Origin: Hydrolagus colliei
Lineage: Eukaryota
Length of the DNA: 64,000 nucleotides
Assembly: GCA_035084275.1 (NCBI GenBank)
Contig: CM068763.1
Location: 9,734,001-9,798,000 of the forward strand
Direction: 5' to 3'
Shown: positions 63,694 to 64,000 of the stretch, piece after piece
Layout: each line of letters opens with the position of its first letter
Numbering within the stretch: position 1 is the first letter of the stretch
The notes under the pieces: generated by a model
Told to the model about the DNA's origin: nothing
Databases searched by the model: none
The model's input: the letters and a program-made list of their open reading frames with translations, nothing else
Made by a program: the position numbers and the translations under genes

Positions 63694-64000
63694 CTGTACC
63701 AAATAAATGTCAAAAAAAACACAATCCACTATCTGATTATTAGCCTTCTGAAATAACATGTTCAAATGAACTGCTTTTCTACCCCAAAATATCTCACTAC
63801 GCACCGTTGCTAAGATCTCAAACTACAGCTGCCTTAACTGCTGTCGATGTGTTACGAATAAAAAACAGAAAAACAGTAACCCCTCCCCGCATTAAAAAAA
63901 ACTATTTGCAAAAAAAAATACAGATCACAGTGAAAAACAGCAAAGAAAATATCGTCTCACAAAGTGTTAAGTTAGTTTTGGAATTCCCTGCATAAATATT

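Overview
Vertebrate nuclear DNA, most likely a cartilaginous fish; the dominant tRNA-headed, Deu/L2-tailed SINE suggests a chimaera such as Callorhinchus milii (inference from repeats). Three spliced genes were reconstructed by hand, all with GT-AG introns and consistent phases. (1) SRSF4, minus strand, six coding exons 18464->9451, 489 aa, with a candidate conserved poison (NMD) cassette exon in intron 2 and a 25-bp CRE-like tandem array upstream. (2) A complete six-exon TMEM244-like gene, plus strand, 29641->38323, 151 aa, lying between SRSF4 and MECR, where I recall no such gene in human; it is probably a retained whole-genome-duplication paralogue. (3) The last seven exons of MECR, minus strand, 63693->43112; its 5' exons lie beyond the window. 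About 20 young SINE copies, older full-Deu-domain SINEs, many L2 LINE 3' fragments, CR1 tails, a probable hAT MITE, microsatellites and a 249-N gap fill the rest. Most supplied ORFs are repeat or antisense artefacts. I see no new prokaryote-style system. The best leads are the TMEM244 paralogue, the SRSF4 poison exon and promoter array, and two locally duplicated non-coding modules. All comparisons with human sequences and repeat consensi are from memory, not from searches.
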